A stretch of DNA of 55,350 nucleotides from Nanobdellota archaeon. Lineage in GTDB: Archaea > Nanobdellota > Nanobdellia > SCGC-AAA011-G17 > JACPNG01. The DNA lies in NCBI GenBank assembly GCA_038046345.1, contig JBBSWJ010000029.1:1-55350 (forward strand), read 5' to 3'. Positions 17,539-26,476 of the stretch are shown here, one piece after another (the stretch's first letter is position 1; the number at the start of each line of letters is the position of its first letter). The position numbers and the translations under genes were made by a program. The notes under the pieces were generated by a model. It was not told the origin of the DNA. It saw only the letters and a list, made by a program, of their open reading frames with translations, and did no database searches.

Positions 17539-18078
17539 TTACTTGTGCTTATATTTTTTTGTAATTGACAGGCTGATAAGGATTAGTATCATGAAAACAA
17601 GTAAACCAAAAATTACCTCAGAAAAATGAAATGATTTTTTATCCGAAATTGTTTCTTCAAACTCTTTTTTTATTTCCAAATTTTCGCCAGTTGAGTTATA
17701 TTCTTGTGCGGGAGTGATATTCACAGCCAATTCTACATTTTTTTCTGGATTAGTACATAAATGATTAGAACATGAATCATCACACTCACATTCTTTGTCT
17801 TTACATGGATTATCAAACCTAAACTTCACTTTATCAGAATCGACATCTCTTAGGTGAACTCCAATTGTGTTTACATTTCTATCCTCGCTTATAATTGCCT
17901 TTTCGTTATTGATGCATATAACCACTTTATTGTCAAAAGAATTTATTGAAAGTAAAGTAATATTTTTACCCCTAAAAAGAAAACTATCATTTACTTCAAG
18001 AGTGGCATAATCAGTTTTAGCTTCGACAAAGATAACACTAAGAAGTACCATTAAGATAAGCATTAAGTAAACTTTCAT
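17539..18078 (-). CDS. Hypothetical Cys-rich surface protein with a signal peptide and a C-terminal TM plus basic tail
   Basis: Start taken at MKVYLMLILMVLLSVIFVEA (the ORF extends to 18096). Contains NPCKDKECECDDSCSNHLC. Tail is VIFGLLVFMILILISLSITKKYKHK. Confidence 0.65.
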   Translation of the reverse strand: MKVYLMLILMVLLSVIFVEAKTDYATLEVNDSFLFRGKNITLLSINSFDNKVVICINNEKAIISEDRNVNTIGVHLRDVDSDKVKFRFDNPCKDKECECDDSCSNHLCTNPEKNVELAVNITPAQEYNSTGENLEIKKEFEETISDKKSFHFSEVIFGLLVFMILILISLSITKKYKHK

Positions 18079-18116
18079 GAGTTGGTGTACTATCAAAAAA
18101 TATAAAAGGGTTTTGG

Positions 18117-19172
18117 CTATCTTTTAATTAAAATTCTACCCTTTTTGGATATGATACTTACTTCTTCCTCGTTTTTAAAACCGCTAACTTTTGAAACAAT
18201 ACTTGGAAGCTTGATAACACCGGATTGTATCTTTAAATTTGTAATAATCTCTTGGCTGTCTTGATTATCACTTAAAATCTTAGATATTTCAGAGTTATTA
18301 ACTGAGTTTTTGTACTCTTTAGCTTTCTTAAACAGGTACTCAGCGATCATGCCTCCAATGTTCTTATTGGTTGCATTTGTTATACCTTCAAGCCCAGGGC
18401 TTAAATTAACTTCAATTACGTAAACCTTATCAGACTCAAGCATATCAACTGCACAGATATCTGCACCAATAGCCATTGCAGAACGTACAGCGATGTCTTC
18501 TGCTTGGTCATCTAACTCATGTGCAATACCTACACCGCCCTGATGGATATTAGCACGGTTCTCAAATTTTTCAGCTTTTCTGATCATAGCAGCCATGACT
18601 TTATTCCCAATTACTATGGCTCTAATATCTGTTGCATTGGTTTCTATATATTCTTGTATAATATACGGTTGTTTAAAAATTTCAAGAGAATCAGCTATGG
18701 ATTTTGCGCTACCAATTGAATCAGCAAATAAAACTCCCTTTCCATGTGTTCCTTCTGGGATTTTTATGACTAATGGATAATGTGCTTTTTTAAGAATTTT
18801 TTTGGCAGCCTCTATATTAGCAGCGACGTAACTTTGAGGTATCGGGATGTTTTTCTTTTGAAGCTCAATAAGTGTAAAATACTTGTTATGACCATTTGTA
18901 AACCCTGACGGGATTATTGGTAGATAACATTTATGCTGCAAAGACTCAGTAATTGCACGTTGTAACATACTATACTTGTGGGAACCACGGATATAGACAC
19001 AGTCAAAATCTTGAAGTTTTGTTCCATCATACATAGCTATAATACCCTTGCTTGAAGCATGTACGTCAATTTTTTTGATATTGATATCAACAACTTCAGA
19101 GAAGTATTTCTTTGACTCTTCCATTATAAGGCGACTACTCTTTCCACCGAGACTTATTACTCCAAGCTTCAT
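18117..19172 (-). CDS. rimK: RimK-family ATP-grasp ligase (alpha-L-glutamate ligase type) with a ~60-aa C-terminal extension
   Basis: Typical RimK layout (MKLGVISLGGKSS..., ATP-grasp core ...IEVNLSPGLEGI...). The extra C-terminal segment GVIKLPSIVSKVSGFKNEEEVSIISKKGRILIKR looks AbrB/SpoVT-like. Confidence 0.8.
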   Translation of the reverse strand: MKLGVISLGGKSSRLIMEESKKYFSEVVDINIKKIDVHASSKGIIAMYDGTKLQDFDCVYIRGSHKYSMLQRAITESLQHKCYLPIIPSGFTNGHNKYFTLIELQKKNIPIPQSYVAANIEAAKKILKKAHYPLVIKIPEGTHGKGVLFADSIGSAKSIADSLEIFKQPYIIQEYIETNATDIRAIVIGNKVMAAMIRKAEKFENRANIHQGGVGIAHELDDQAEDIAVRSAMAIGADICAVDMLESDKVYVIEVNLSPGLEGITNATNKNIGGMIAEYLFKKAKEYKNSVNNSEISKILSDNQDSQEIITNLKIQSGVIKLPSIVSKVSGFKNEEEVSIISKKGRILIKR

Positions 19173-19504
19173 TTCTTTTTAGATGGATCTATCAAAAATC
19201 TTCTTTTTAAAGTTCTTGTTCCTATTAGAACTTGATATTTCATATGCTCACGGTTTGTGATAGTAAACAAGGTCCTGATCTTTCTCCTTTTGATTGTTAA
19301 TACTGCAAATGCTGTTTCCCTCTTTTGATAACCTGTAGCTGCTCTTATATTAATACTCTTTTTATGTAATTCTAATCCAAGCTTTTTAGCTAGTTTATCA
19401 TTAATGCTGTTATATTTTGAACCGGTATCAATTTTTGCGCGTACTTTGAAACTTTTGTCTCCATGTCTGATGGATACCCTTTCAGTCAAACCAATGATTT
19501 CCAT
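19169..19504 (-). CDS. RimK-associated retropepsin-like aspartic protease (COG4067 / 'putative ATP-dependent zinc protease' family)
   Basis: AKIDTGSKYNSI carries the D-T-G active-site motif, and ...MKYQVLIGTRTLKRRFLIDP is also present. ATGA overlap with rimK. Confidence 0.75.
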   Translation of the reverse strand: MEIIGLTERVSIRHGDKSFKVRAKIDTGSKYNSINDKLAKKLGLELHKKSINIRAATGYQKRETAFAVLTIKRRKIRTLFTITNREHMKYQVLIGTRTLKRRFLIDPSKKK

Positions 19505-19578
19505 ACATAATTTTCGTGATAGTTCGTATATAAAATTGTCGGAAAGTTTTATATACTGTTCTCATTTTCTGTCCAAAT

Positions 19579-19896
19579 ATGCTTGAAACAAATGGGTTAG
19601 AATTGGTTTTAGAAGTGTTTGATGGCTGGGTTAAAGTTCCAGTCTATCTTCCAACATATATATCTAGAGATGGCCAGTGGGTACCAATTAAATCTGGTGA
19701 AGAATTTATTGCTGTAAAAGGTGATTCAAGATTTGTAGTTCCAAGAGATTCGTTTGTTTGGGAAGTTGCACATGGTTATACTGGATGGATAAACTTTTAT
19801 TTTAAGGAAAATATGCCTGATGAAATAATGAGTGATGGTGAAATTTATGCAGTTCCAAAACAATGGTACGAACAAGATAAAGATTCCGCCCCTTAA
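19579..19896 (+). CDS. Hypothetical protein
   Basis: 105-aa ORF, divergent from the rimK operon, with plausible globular composition. No motif recognised. Confidence 0.5.
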   Translation: MLETNGLELVLEVFDGWVKVPVYLPTYISRDGQWVPIKSGEEFIAVKGDSRFVVPRDSFVWEVAHGYTGWINFYFKENMPDEIMSDGEIYAVPKQWYEQDKDSAP

Positions 19897-20082
19897 TTTC
19901 TTTTCTTATTGATGCTTCGTATTTTAATCGGTTTTTCTTTCTACTTTTTTGCTGTGCTCAAACATGTAAAACTGCTTGATGGAATAAACCAAGGAAAAAC
20001 TAATTTTTAGCCAGAATAATCCACTCAAGGAAAGTTTTATATAAACTCAGCACAGCGTATATCATAATGAGGTGAGAATAAG

Positions 20083-21084
20083 GTGCAAGGATCAAATTTA
20101 AAAAAAGTGGTACTCTTCTTGATGTTTGCCATCTTATCATACTTATCATACTTGCTATTAAAACCTTATCTAGTAGTAATTATTGTAGCTGGCGTTGTTG
20201 CATATTTCCTATGGCCACTTCAAAGAATGATAAATAAGCATATAAAAAGGCCAGCAATAGCAGCGTTGATATTATTGATACTATTAACTGCATTAATATT
20301 AACATTTGGAGGGCTTATTGCTAATGCAGTTATCAATGAATCTTTTGAATTGTACCAAAATGTGAAAGATTTTAAAATAAGCGTGTACACCAGCGAGATT
20401 AATAATTTTTTAGGTAAAAATATTGATGTGGACATTTATATTAAAAAAATTATAAATGATTCTCTAAGCTTTATCCTTAAGGGAGCGACATCATTTATTT
20501 TGGGTATACCTCAAAGGATTATAGGTTTTGTTGTGTTTGTGTTTGTACTTTATTATCTTCTTAAAGAAGGGGATACTGTAACGGCGCATATAAAAAGATT
20601 ACTTCCGTTAGATCAAAAGGAAAAAGAATCATTGCTTAATAGATTTAGAATAGTTTTCAAGGCAACAGTATACGGGGTTTTGTTAGCCGCATTGATACAG
20701 GGAATTGTTGGTACAATAGGCTTGCTTGTGTTTCAAGTACCATCACCAATACTATTTGGGTTGTTGCTAACTGTTGCATCTACAATACCATATCTTGGTG
20801 CATCAATAGTATGGTTCCCAATAGCATTGTACTTAATTGCAATAGGAGATTTGTTTAATGGTTTTGGTTTGATGATATTTGGAATAGTTGTAGTAAGCTT
20901 TGTAGACAATGTAGTAAGACCATTTATAATCAGCAAGAAATCTGAGATTCATCCAACAGTAATATTACTTGGAGTATTAGGCGGGCTTTTATTGTTTGGT
21001 TTTATAGGATTAATAATTGGTCCACTGGTATTGGCATTGTTTACTACTTTAATTGGTTTTTTTGAAAAAGAATACCATAGTTAG
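20083..21084 (+). CDS. AI-2E family transporter (PerM/UPF0118)
   Basis: GTG start after GGTGA. Polytopic membrane protein with the N-terminal LKPYLVVIIVAGVVAYFLWPL pattern. The C-terminal ...VRPFIISKKSEIHPTVILLGVLGG is typical of the family. Confidence 0.8.
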   Translation: MQGSNLKKVVLFLMFAILSYLSYLLLKPYLVVIIVAGVVAYFLWPLQRMINKHIKRPAIAALILLILLTALILTFGGLIANAVINESFELYQNVKDFKISVYTSEINNFLGKNIDVDIYIKKIINDSLSFILKGATSFILGIPQRIIGFVVFVFVLYYLLKEGDTVTAHIKRLLPLDQKEKESLLNRFRIVFKATVYGVLLAALIQGIVGTIGLLVFQVPSPILFGLLLTVASTIPYLGASIVWFPIALYLIAIGDLFNGFGLMIFGIVVVSFVDNVVRPFIISKKSEIHPTVILLGVLGGLLLFGFIGLIIGPLVLALFTTLIGFFEKEYHS

Positions 21085-21611
21085 TCGCCTTCAAACTTAA
21101 TAAGAGAAAATACTTTTATCCCATTTTGCTCAAGCTTTTCTCTGCCTTTTAGGTCTGGTAGCTCAATAATAAATGAACACTCAATAACATTACCACCTAA
21201 TCTGTTAATCAAATTAACTGCTGCAAGACTTGTACCTGCGGTGGCGATTAAGTCATCTACTATAAGCACGTTATCGCCCTGGTTTATAGCATCAGTATGT
21301 ATCTCAAGTGCGTCACTTCCGTATTCTAGATTATATTCTTCTTGAAGTGTTTCACCGGGCAGCTTACCTTTCTTTCTTATAGGAACAAACCCAACACCTA
21401 ACTTTTCTGCTAATATTGCTCCATGAATGAAGCCGCGAGATTCTATCCCTGCAACAACATTGATGTTCATTTCTTTATAACGATCATAAAGATGGCTTAT
21501 TGCTTGTGAAAGGCCCTTAGGATCTTTAAGCAGAGTGGTTATATCTCGAAACATCACTCCTTGTCTAGGCCAATGCGGGATTGTGCGTATTTTTTCTTTG
21601 AGATAGTCCAT
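21081..21611 (-). CDS. apt: Adenine phosphoribosyltransferase
   Basis: IPHWPRQGVMFRDITTLL, GIESRGFIHG and the PRPP motif VLIVDDLIATAGT are present. Confidence 0.9.
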   Translation of the reverse strand: MDYLKEKIRTIPHWPRQGVMFRDITTLLKDPKGLSQAISHLYDRYKEMNINVVAGIESRGFIHGAILAEKLGVGFVPIRKKGKLPGETLQEEYNLEYGSDALEIHTDAINQGDNVLIVDDLIATAGTSLAAVNLINRLGGNVIECSFIIELPDLKGREKLEQNGIKVFSLIKFEGD

Positions 21612-21693
21612 AGCTGTTGTTAGATCTTATAATTTAATACTTTTGTTACACTAAAATAGATAGGTGATAAGGTTATAACAATATACTTAAAGA

Positions 21694-21987
21694 GAGTAGG
21701 GTAGGCATAAGCCGCCTTCTGTCAGTTCCCGTGATGGTCGAACTGAGGTGACATTCAACTTAGCACCCTTTTTGGGCTTGCACCGATTGGGGCTCACCGT
21801 TTCATCATGCCAGTATCATTGTCAGCTGTTTAACAGCATCATCCTAAATAAAGGCTGTATCGTTTCTGTGTGGTTGCCTTTTCTTTCGAAAACTTCCTTT
21901 TCAGAAAGCAACCCATAAGAGCTCTTAACGAGCTGGTGGGCGGACTTTCCTCAGTCATAGACCGTAAGTCACCTACCTACCTACTAC
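21694..21987 (-). ncRNA. rnpB: RNase P RNA (archaeal)
   Basis: The reverse complement carries CR-I GAGGAAAGTCCGCCC (plus-strand coordinates 21938..21953). It also carries the CR-V/P4 3' strand ACAGAAGGCGGCTTATG (21706..21722). Terminal P1 pairing is GTAGGTAGG... with ...CCTACCCTAC. The segment is a local GC-rich island without an ORF, and a TATA-like AAATTTAAAAG lies about 25 nt upstream on the minus strand. The ends are approximate. Confidence 0.85.
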
Positions 21988-22016
21988 TAAAACACACTAT
22001 CTTTTAGCTTTTAAAT

Positions 22017-23873
22017 TTATCTGATAAACTCTTTAACGGCATCACGAAACCAAAACAGCAGATCATTTACATAGTTTCCTTCGCTGCTAAATGACAAAGA
22101 AACAGTGGCTCCATTGTTGAGGTTTGGAATGTCCCCCCAGAATAGAGGAAATACTGCTGGCTGATTAAAGCTTAGACTTTCACTAAGTGTATCTTGTTTT
22201 TCTGATTCATATAAATATCTAAGTCTTAAACCAAGTGAAGGCACTTCTATAGAAATGCCTCCGTCCACTTGCCCGTGCTGGTCTAGTTTTGCTGATGGAT
22301 GGAAGCCAATTAATTCATCATATAATCTTCTAGTTAGGTATACATCAAAATAAGATGAACCACTAGTGTATCTGCTGGCTATTCCTAATGTTTCTTGTTC
22401 AAACAAGACATCTGGCAGGCATAATCTTTCTTTAGTGCCCAATTGTCTATTAAAACTCCCCATAAAACTTTCATTGGAGCATTTTGCCCAACCGTTAAAT
22501 AGTCTTGTTGGATCTTCAGCTTGAAGCAGGACAAATAATTCTAAATCTAAATCTGAAATATCAAATGAACTAAAATCACCAGTCCATCCTGTTTGAGTAA
22601 TAATACCATAACCACCTAATGTATCTGGGTGTATGCTTAGCCTAGCTCTACCGGTCATAGAAACAAAATTAGCATAATCAAATTCTACAAAATCTCCAAT
22701 TGCTCCAACAATCAAGTCTAAACTAACATTTTCAAAGAGATTAATGCTATCTGGTGTTATGTATGCGCCTAACTCCCCGCCCCATAGACTGTGAGTAGAC
22801 TCGCTGGAAGTTTTTGTACTAACGGTTGTCCTTTCAAATGGATTGCTTATACTTAGATGATCAAGAAACTTTCTAGGCGGCAGCTCACTCTCTGCCAGGC
22901 TAACTGATAAAGTATCCCCGCTATTACTGGTTAAGTATTTCCATCCGCCACTAAGACCTAGTATGAATCTTGGTAATCTAAATTCTTTAAGACCATAAAC
23001 TAATAATCTCTGATTATGCTCTGTGCTGCTTTCTATTACTGTATCTCTGTCAAGATGATAAGCAATTAATGGTCTTGAGATTGTCCATACACTATGAGAA
23101 TCTGTTGTTAGTTCTGTATCTTTATGGACTGTGCTATCAAAATCTATACCTAGCTTACTTGATATACTATGTTTAGTTAAACCTCTTTCGTGTTGTATAT
23201 GATCTTCTAATCTTTGTGATTCAACACCTAGCTGCAAGTTTGAGTCATTAAAAAATTGGTTAGTATGGGATATATTACTGCCTGAAGTATTAGCTTGCCT
23301 CCTGGCAGAGTTAAATGTAAACTCTGGTAAGATGGACATGCCACGCTGCCAATTAGCTATCGAATATGATCTACGGTTGCCGCCAGCGATGGAAGAGTAT
23401 CCTATAAGCTCAGCTCTGAATAGCGGTCTTGTATTGCCAGTATTGTCAATTATTCTTATTGTTGAGATGTTATTATCAAAGAGGCTGTTTGTTGTTCCTT
23501 CTTCAAATGGTGATATTTCAGATGCTACGCCGGGAAGATTTAACTCAAGCCTGTACGTTGTTTCAATGTCGGGTATAATTTCTGATAATTTAGCTCTTAG
23601 TGCTTCTGCTTCTTTTTCAAGTAGTTTGATGTATTCATACCTGTAATACTCAAGCCCAAATTTATCTTTTATGTCTTGTAAGACATGAAGCCGGTATTGT
23701 CCGTTTATTAGATCATTTACTATTTCTTGGTTTTTAGTTGTTTCGCTGATAAAGTTAGGATCTTGGTTCTGTTTGGGATTAGGGACATTTTGTGCGTGAG
23801 AAATACCGGTGTACAAAACTATTGCTGCAAGCGCTGAACTTAAACCTTTACTCAAAAAATTAGTTAAAGCCAC
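22017..23873 (-). CDS. Large secreted beta-rich protein of unknown function (paralog of 47889..49919)
   Basis: Signal peptide MALTNFLSKGLSSALAAIVLYTGISHA|Q and no TM anchor. Many alternating-hydrophobic strand-like segments. Its C-terminal blocks align with the 676-aa protein. Confidence 0.8.
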   Translation of the reverse strand: MALTNFLSKGLSSALAAIVLYTGISHAQNVPNPKQNQDPNFISETTKNQEIVNDLINGQYRLHVLQDIKDKFGLEYYRYEYIKLLEKEAEALRAKLSEIIPDIETTYRLELNLPGVASEISPFEEGTTNSLFDNNISTIRIIDNTGNTRPLFRAELIGYSSIAGGNRRSYSIANWQRGMSILPEFTFNSARRQANTSGSNISHTNQFFNDSNLQLGVESQRLEDHIQHERGLTKHSISSKLGIDFDSTVHKDTELTTDSHSVWTISRPLIAYHLDRDTVIESSTEHNQRLLVYGLKEFRLPRFILGLSGGWKYLTSNSGDTLSVSLAESELPPRKFLDHLSISNPFERTTVSTKTSSESTHSLWGGELGAYITPDSINLFENVSLDLIVGAIGDFVEFDYANFVSMTGRARLSIHPDTLGGYGIITQTGWTGDFSSFDISDLDLELFVLLQAEDPTRLFNGWAKCSNESFMGSFNRQLGTKERLCLPDVLFEQETLGIASRYTSGSSYFDVYLTRRLYDELIGFHPSAKLDQHGQVDGGISIEVPSLGLRLRYLYESEKQDTLSESLSFNQPAVFPLFWGDIPNLNNGATVSLSFSSEGNYVNDLLFWFRDAVKEFIR

Positions 23874-24063
23874 TATTATTGAATAGTGAGTAGCTATTTA
23901 AGCTTTTTTTAAACATAATCAAAATACATAATGCATAATCTACTTATTACACAGCTAGATTATTGTTGTTTAACTGAAGAATATGTTTCTTTTCACCAAA
24001 CTGATATAACAATACCCTTTTATATTTTATTAGAACTTTTTTTTAAAAAAATTCGGGAGAAAA

Positions 24064-24918
24064 GTGGCAATTATAGAAATAATCAAAGTCCAAGCAGTGT
24101 TTAGTGGAATTATGCTAATAATATGCTGGTTTTATTGGCTAACCATAAAAGATAAGGTGGTATTATACCAAAAAACACTAATAACCGTGTTATTCCTAAT
24201 AATCTTTGTAGTGGCAGCGCAGGTTATCAACCTGTTTTTTAACAATTCTGCATTAATCATAGCTCAATGGGTGATAACGTTAGTTGTGGCTGCAATAGTT
24301 TGTATAACTGCATTTGCTATTTTGGATGGTCTTAAAAAAGGTAGAAAGCAGGAATTTGACAGTATCTTAGCAAGCAACCAAAATTATGAAGAAGCTTTTT
24401 TCAAGAAAAAATTCATTATACCTCAAGTAGTACAGTTAAGAGAGCTTAAAGCTAAGATCATAAAATATGAAGAACAAAAAATAGGTTTAGAACAAGATAT
24501 TGATAATACAAGAACACGGTTGAGTGAGTTAGAATTAAAAGTTGAATCAAAAAATGCTGCTTTTACTGAACGTGAAAAGAACATGAAGAATAAAGAAATG
24601 ACCTTAGATAAATTAGAAAAAAAGCTGAACTACGACGAAGAAGAAATAAAGGAAGAACTAGATGAAATAAAAGATCTTAAAATTAAACTTAGAGAAAAAC
24701 ACAAAGAGATAAAATCAATAAAAAACCAAAATAAAGAATTTATCAACCTAAAAGAAAAAGAAAAATACCTAAAAACTACTGAAAAAGAATTGTTATCCCT
24801 TAAAAAAAGTTTAGAAGAAGAACAAGAAAGAATTGAAGATCAACAAGATAAACTTATCAGTGAGCGAAGGAAACTAGAAAAGTTAAAAACAAAGGAGATT
24901 CATCAAGATGATGTATGA
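24064..24918 (+). CDS. Hypothetical membrane protein with a long K/E-rich coiled-coil C-terminal domain
   Basis: GTG start after GGGAG. Three N-terminal TM segments, then about 180 aa of heptad-like K/E-rich sequence. Confidence 0.7.
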   Translation: MAIIEIIKVQAVFSGIMLIICWFYWLTIKDKVVLYQKTLITVLFLIIFVVAAQVINLFFNNSALIIAQWVITLVVAAIVCITAFAILDGLKKGRKQEFDSILASNQNYEEAFFKKKFIIPQVVQLRELKAKIIKYEEQKIGLEQDIDNTRTRLSELELKVESKNAAFTEREKNMKNKEMTLDKLEKKLNYDEEEIKEELDEIKDLKIKLREKHKEIKSIKNQNKEFINLKEKEKYLKTTEKELLSLKKSLEEEQERIEDQQDKLISERRKLEKLKTKEIHQDDV

Positions 24919-25216
24919 ACTGTTAATAATGATAATTGGATCAGTGGGCTTAATAGTTCTTTCTTTAATATTCCTAATAAAAGTGAAACCATTTGAAGAC
25001 ATGAAGCATAAACAGGGGTTGAGTTTATTGTTAATGAGCGGGTTATCATTTTTATTATTGATATTATTAGAAGGCATAAAAACAATATATACTAATCTAT
25101 ATCTAATAAAATGGCTCCAGGTTAGTTGGATTATTACAACACAGTACTTGGTGGTTTTACCAGTTATGGTACTATTATTGTTTGTAGCTTTGTATAGCCT
25201 ACCAAAAGAAACATGA
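24908..25216 (+). CDS. Hypothetical small polytopic membrane protein
   Basis: 102-aa ORF overlapping the upstream gene by 11 nt. Three hydrophobic segments. Confidence 0.55.
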   Translation: MMYELLIMIIGSVGLIVLSLIFLIKVKPFEDMKHKQGLSLLLMSGLSFLLLILLEGIKTIYTNLYLIKWLQVSWIITTQYLVVLPVMVLLLFVALYSLPKET

Positions 25217-25390
25217 TATCAGGAGAATCCGACTAAGGCCAGTATTCCAATAGTTTTATTAACTAGATATTTTGCTTATGCGCATGTCTAGTAAATCTCA
25301 GGAAGAAGAAATAAATCTTAGCGATAGAGCAAGCTTGTCACTAAACTGCTTAATAATAATATTTGTTGGGTCCGCGAAACTAGCGAAGCA

Positions 25391-25690
25391 ATGCATACTG
25401 ATGGAAGATCGTCAGGCATCTATTATGTCGCTGAGCTTGGGGGGTGCCGACTACAATTTAGTGTGGGCGATGCTTTTACCGGTGTTCTTTATTTTTATCG
25501 AGTGGGAGGTCTGGTCAGTGATCTTGAAATTACTGATGATCGACTAAATGATTACTTTAGAATAAAAGAAGATAAATACCAAATACAACAAAGACAAATA
25601 AGAGCAAAAAGAGAAGAAACAAAAAAAATGGAACGTAGGGTTAGAACAAACGAACTTATCGATGTGGTTATGGAAGCACTTCAATCCTGA
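25391..25690 (+). CDS. Hypothetical protein (uncertain)
   Basis: 99-aa ORF in a locally GC-richer stretch, with a globular-looking N-terminal half and a K/R/E-rich helical tail. It competes with the overlapping ORF 25272..25547. Confidence 0.35.
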   Translation: MHTDGRSSGIYYVAELGGCRLQFSVGDAFTGVLYFYRVGGLVSDLEITDDRLNDYFRIKEDKYQIQQRQIRAKREETKKMERRVRTNELIDVVMEALQS

Positions 25691-25775
25691 GCTGCTAAGT
25701 ATTAATTTTAACGTCCTGTTTGGGATCTATTTGTTAACAAAAATTTTAAGCATTGTAAAACATTTAAGTGAAGTA

Positions 25776-26306
25776 TTATTTTTTAAATATGAATACTAAT
25801 GCGGTTATGCATCCACCTATTGCAACAGCAATTAAATCAAGAATGGTATCAGTATAACCCTTTGTCAAAATTAAAAAGGGTGGTGGTAGAATTGACAAAA
25901 CCCATTCAAATATCTCCCAAACACCGGCTAAAGCAAGAGAGAAAGCTACAGCAATTAGAGCTAACACTTTTTTGTTATTAAAATAATTATGCAGTATAAC
26001 AACTGTAAGACCAGCCGTCCATGCGCCAGAAGCAAGATGAAATAATTTATCCAGCCCAAAATATTTAGGGTCTTGTTTCCAATAATTAGAGAAGAATAAA
26101 ATCATTTCTAAGATAAAAATCATCATGATTGCTGCATCAAGCTTGTAGTATGAATTATTTTTTTTACCCTGAAAAAATAATGGAGCTGTTAAAAAAAAAG
26201 CTGGTACAGAAAATAACAAAGCATTCCAATAATGTTTTAAGGTTAAAACAACTAAGAGTACACAATACATTACGCGTAAGGTTGTTGAAATGTGCTTCCA
26301 GTTCAT
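25776..26306 (-). CDS. Polytopic membrane protein (weak VanZ/YjdF-like pattern)
   Basis: 176 aa with 5-6 hydrophobic segments. Contains GLDKLFHLASGAW... and ...WEIFEWVLS...DTILDLIAVAIGG. Confidence 0.6.
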   Translation of the reverse strand: MNWKHISTTLRVMYCVLLVVLTLKHYWNALLFSVPAFFLTAPLFFQGKKNNSYYKLDAAIMMIFILEMILFFSNYWKQDPKYFGLDKLFHLASGAWTAGLTVVILHNYFNNKKVLALIAVAFSLALAGVWEIFEWVLSILPPPFLILTKGYTDTILDLIAVAIGGCITALVFIFKK

Positions 26307-26476
26307 AAGAAAGAACTTTTATTTTGCTTTTTAAGGATTTTGTTTGCTTATTTTAATTTTTTAAGTAATTATACAGCAGTAGTGGTGGGTTGAACTGATA
26401 CTTTGTTTAGTTGTTACTATTTTTTACAGATAATTTTACAGATAAGGATATATACGGTATGGGTATTATTTTCTTT

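Noticed and set aside
22017-23873. Calling the 618/676-aa proteins classical outer-membrane beta-barrels
   Set aside because: The C-termini (..LLFWFRDAVKEFIR and ..FIEHGIEWMLDKLF) read as amphipathic helices, not an OMP beta-signal. The organism is archaeal, and no BamA-like gene is visible. They are kept only as beta-rich secreted proteins of unknown fold.
25272-25547. 91-aa ORF, and the idea that the GC-richer stretch at 25360..25540 is an SRP (7S) or other structured RNA
   Set aside because: I could not find the SRP helix-8 motifs (GGAA tetraloop with flanking AGCA/GAAGCAG) or any extended complementary arms. The alternative frame (25391..25690) gives a more protein-like sequence, and the 91-aa frame looks like a shadow.
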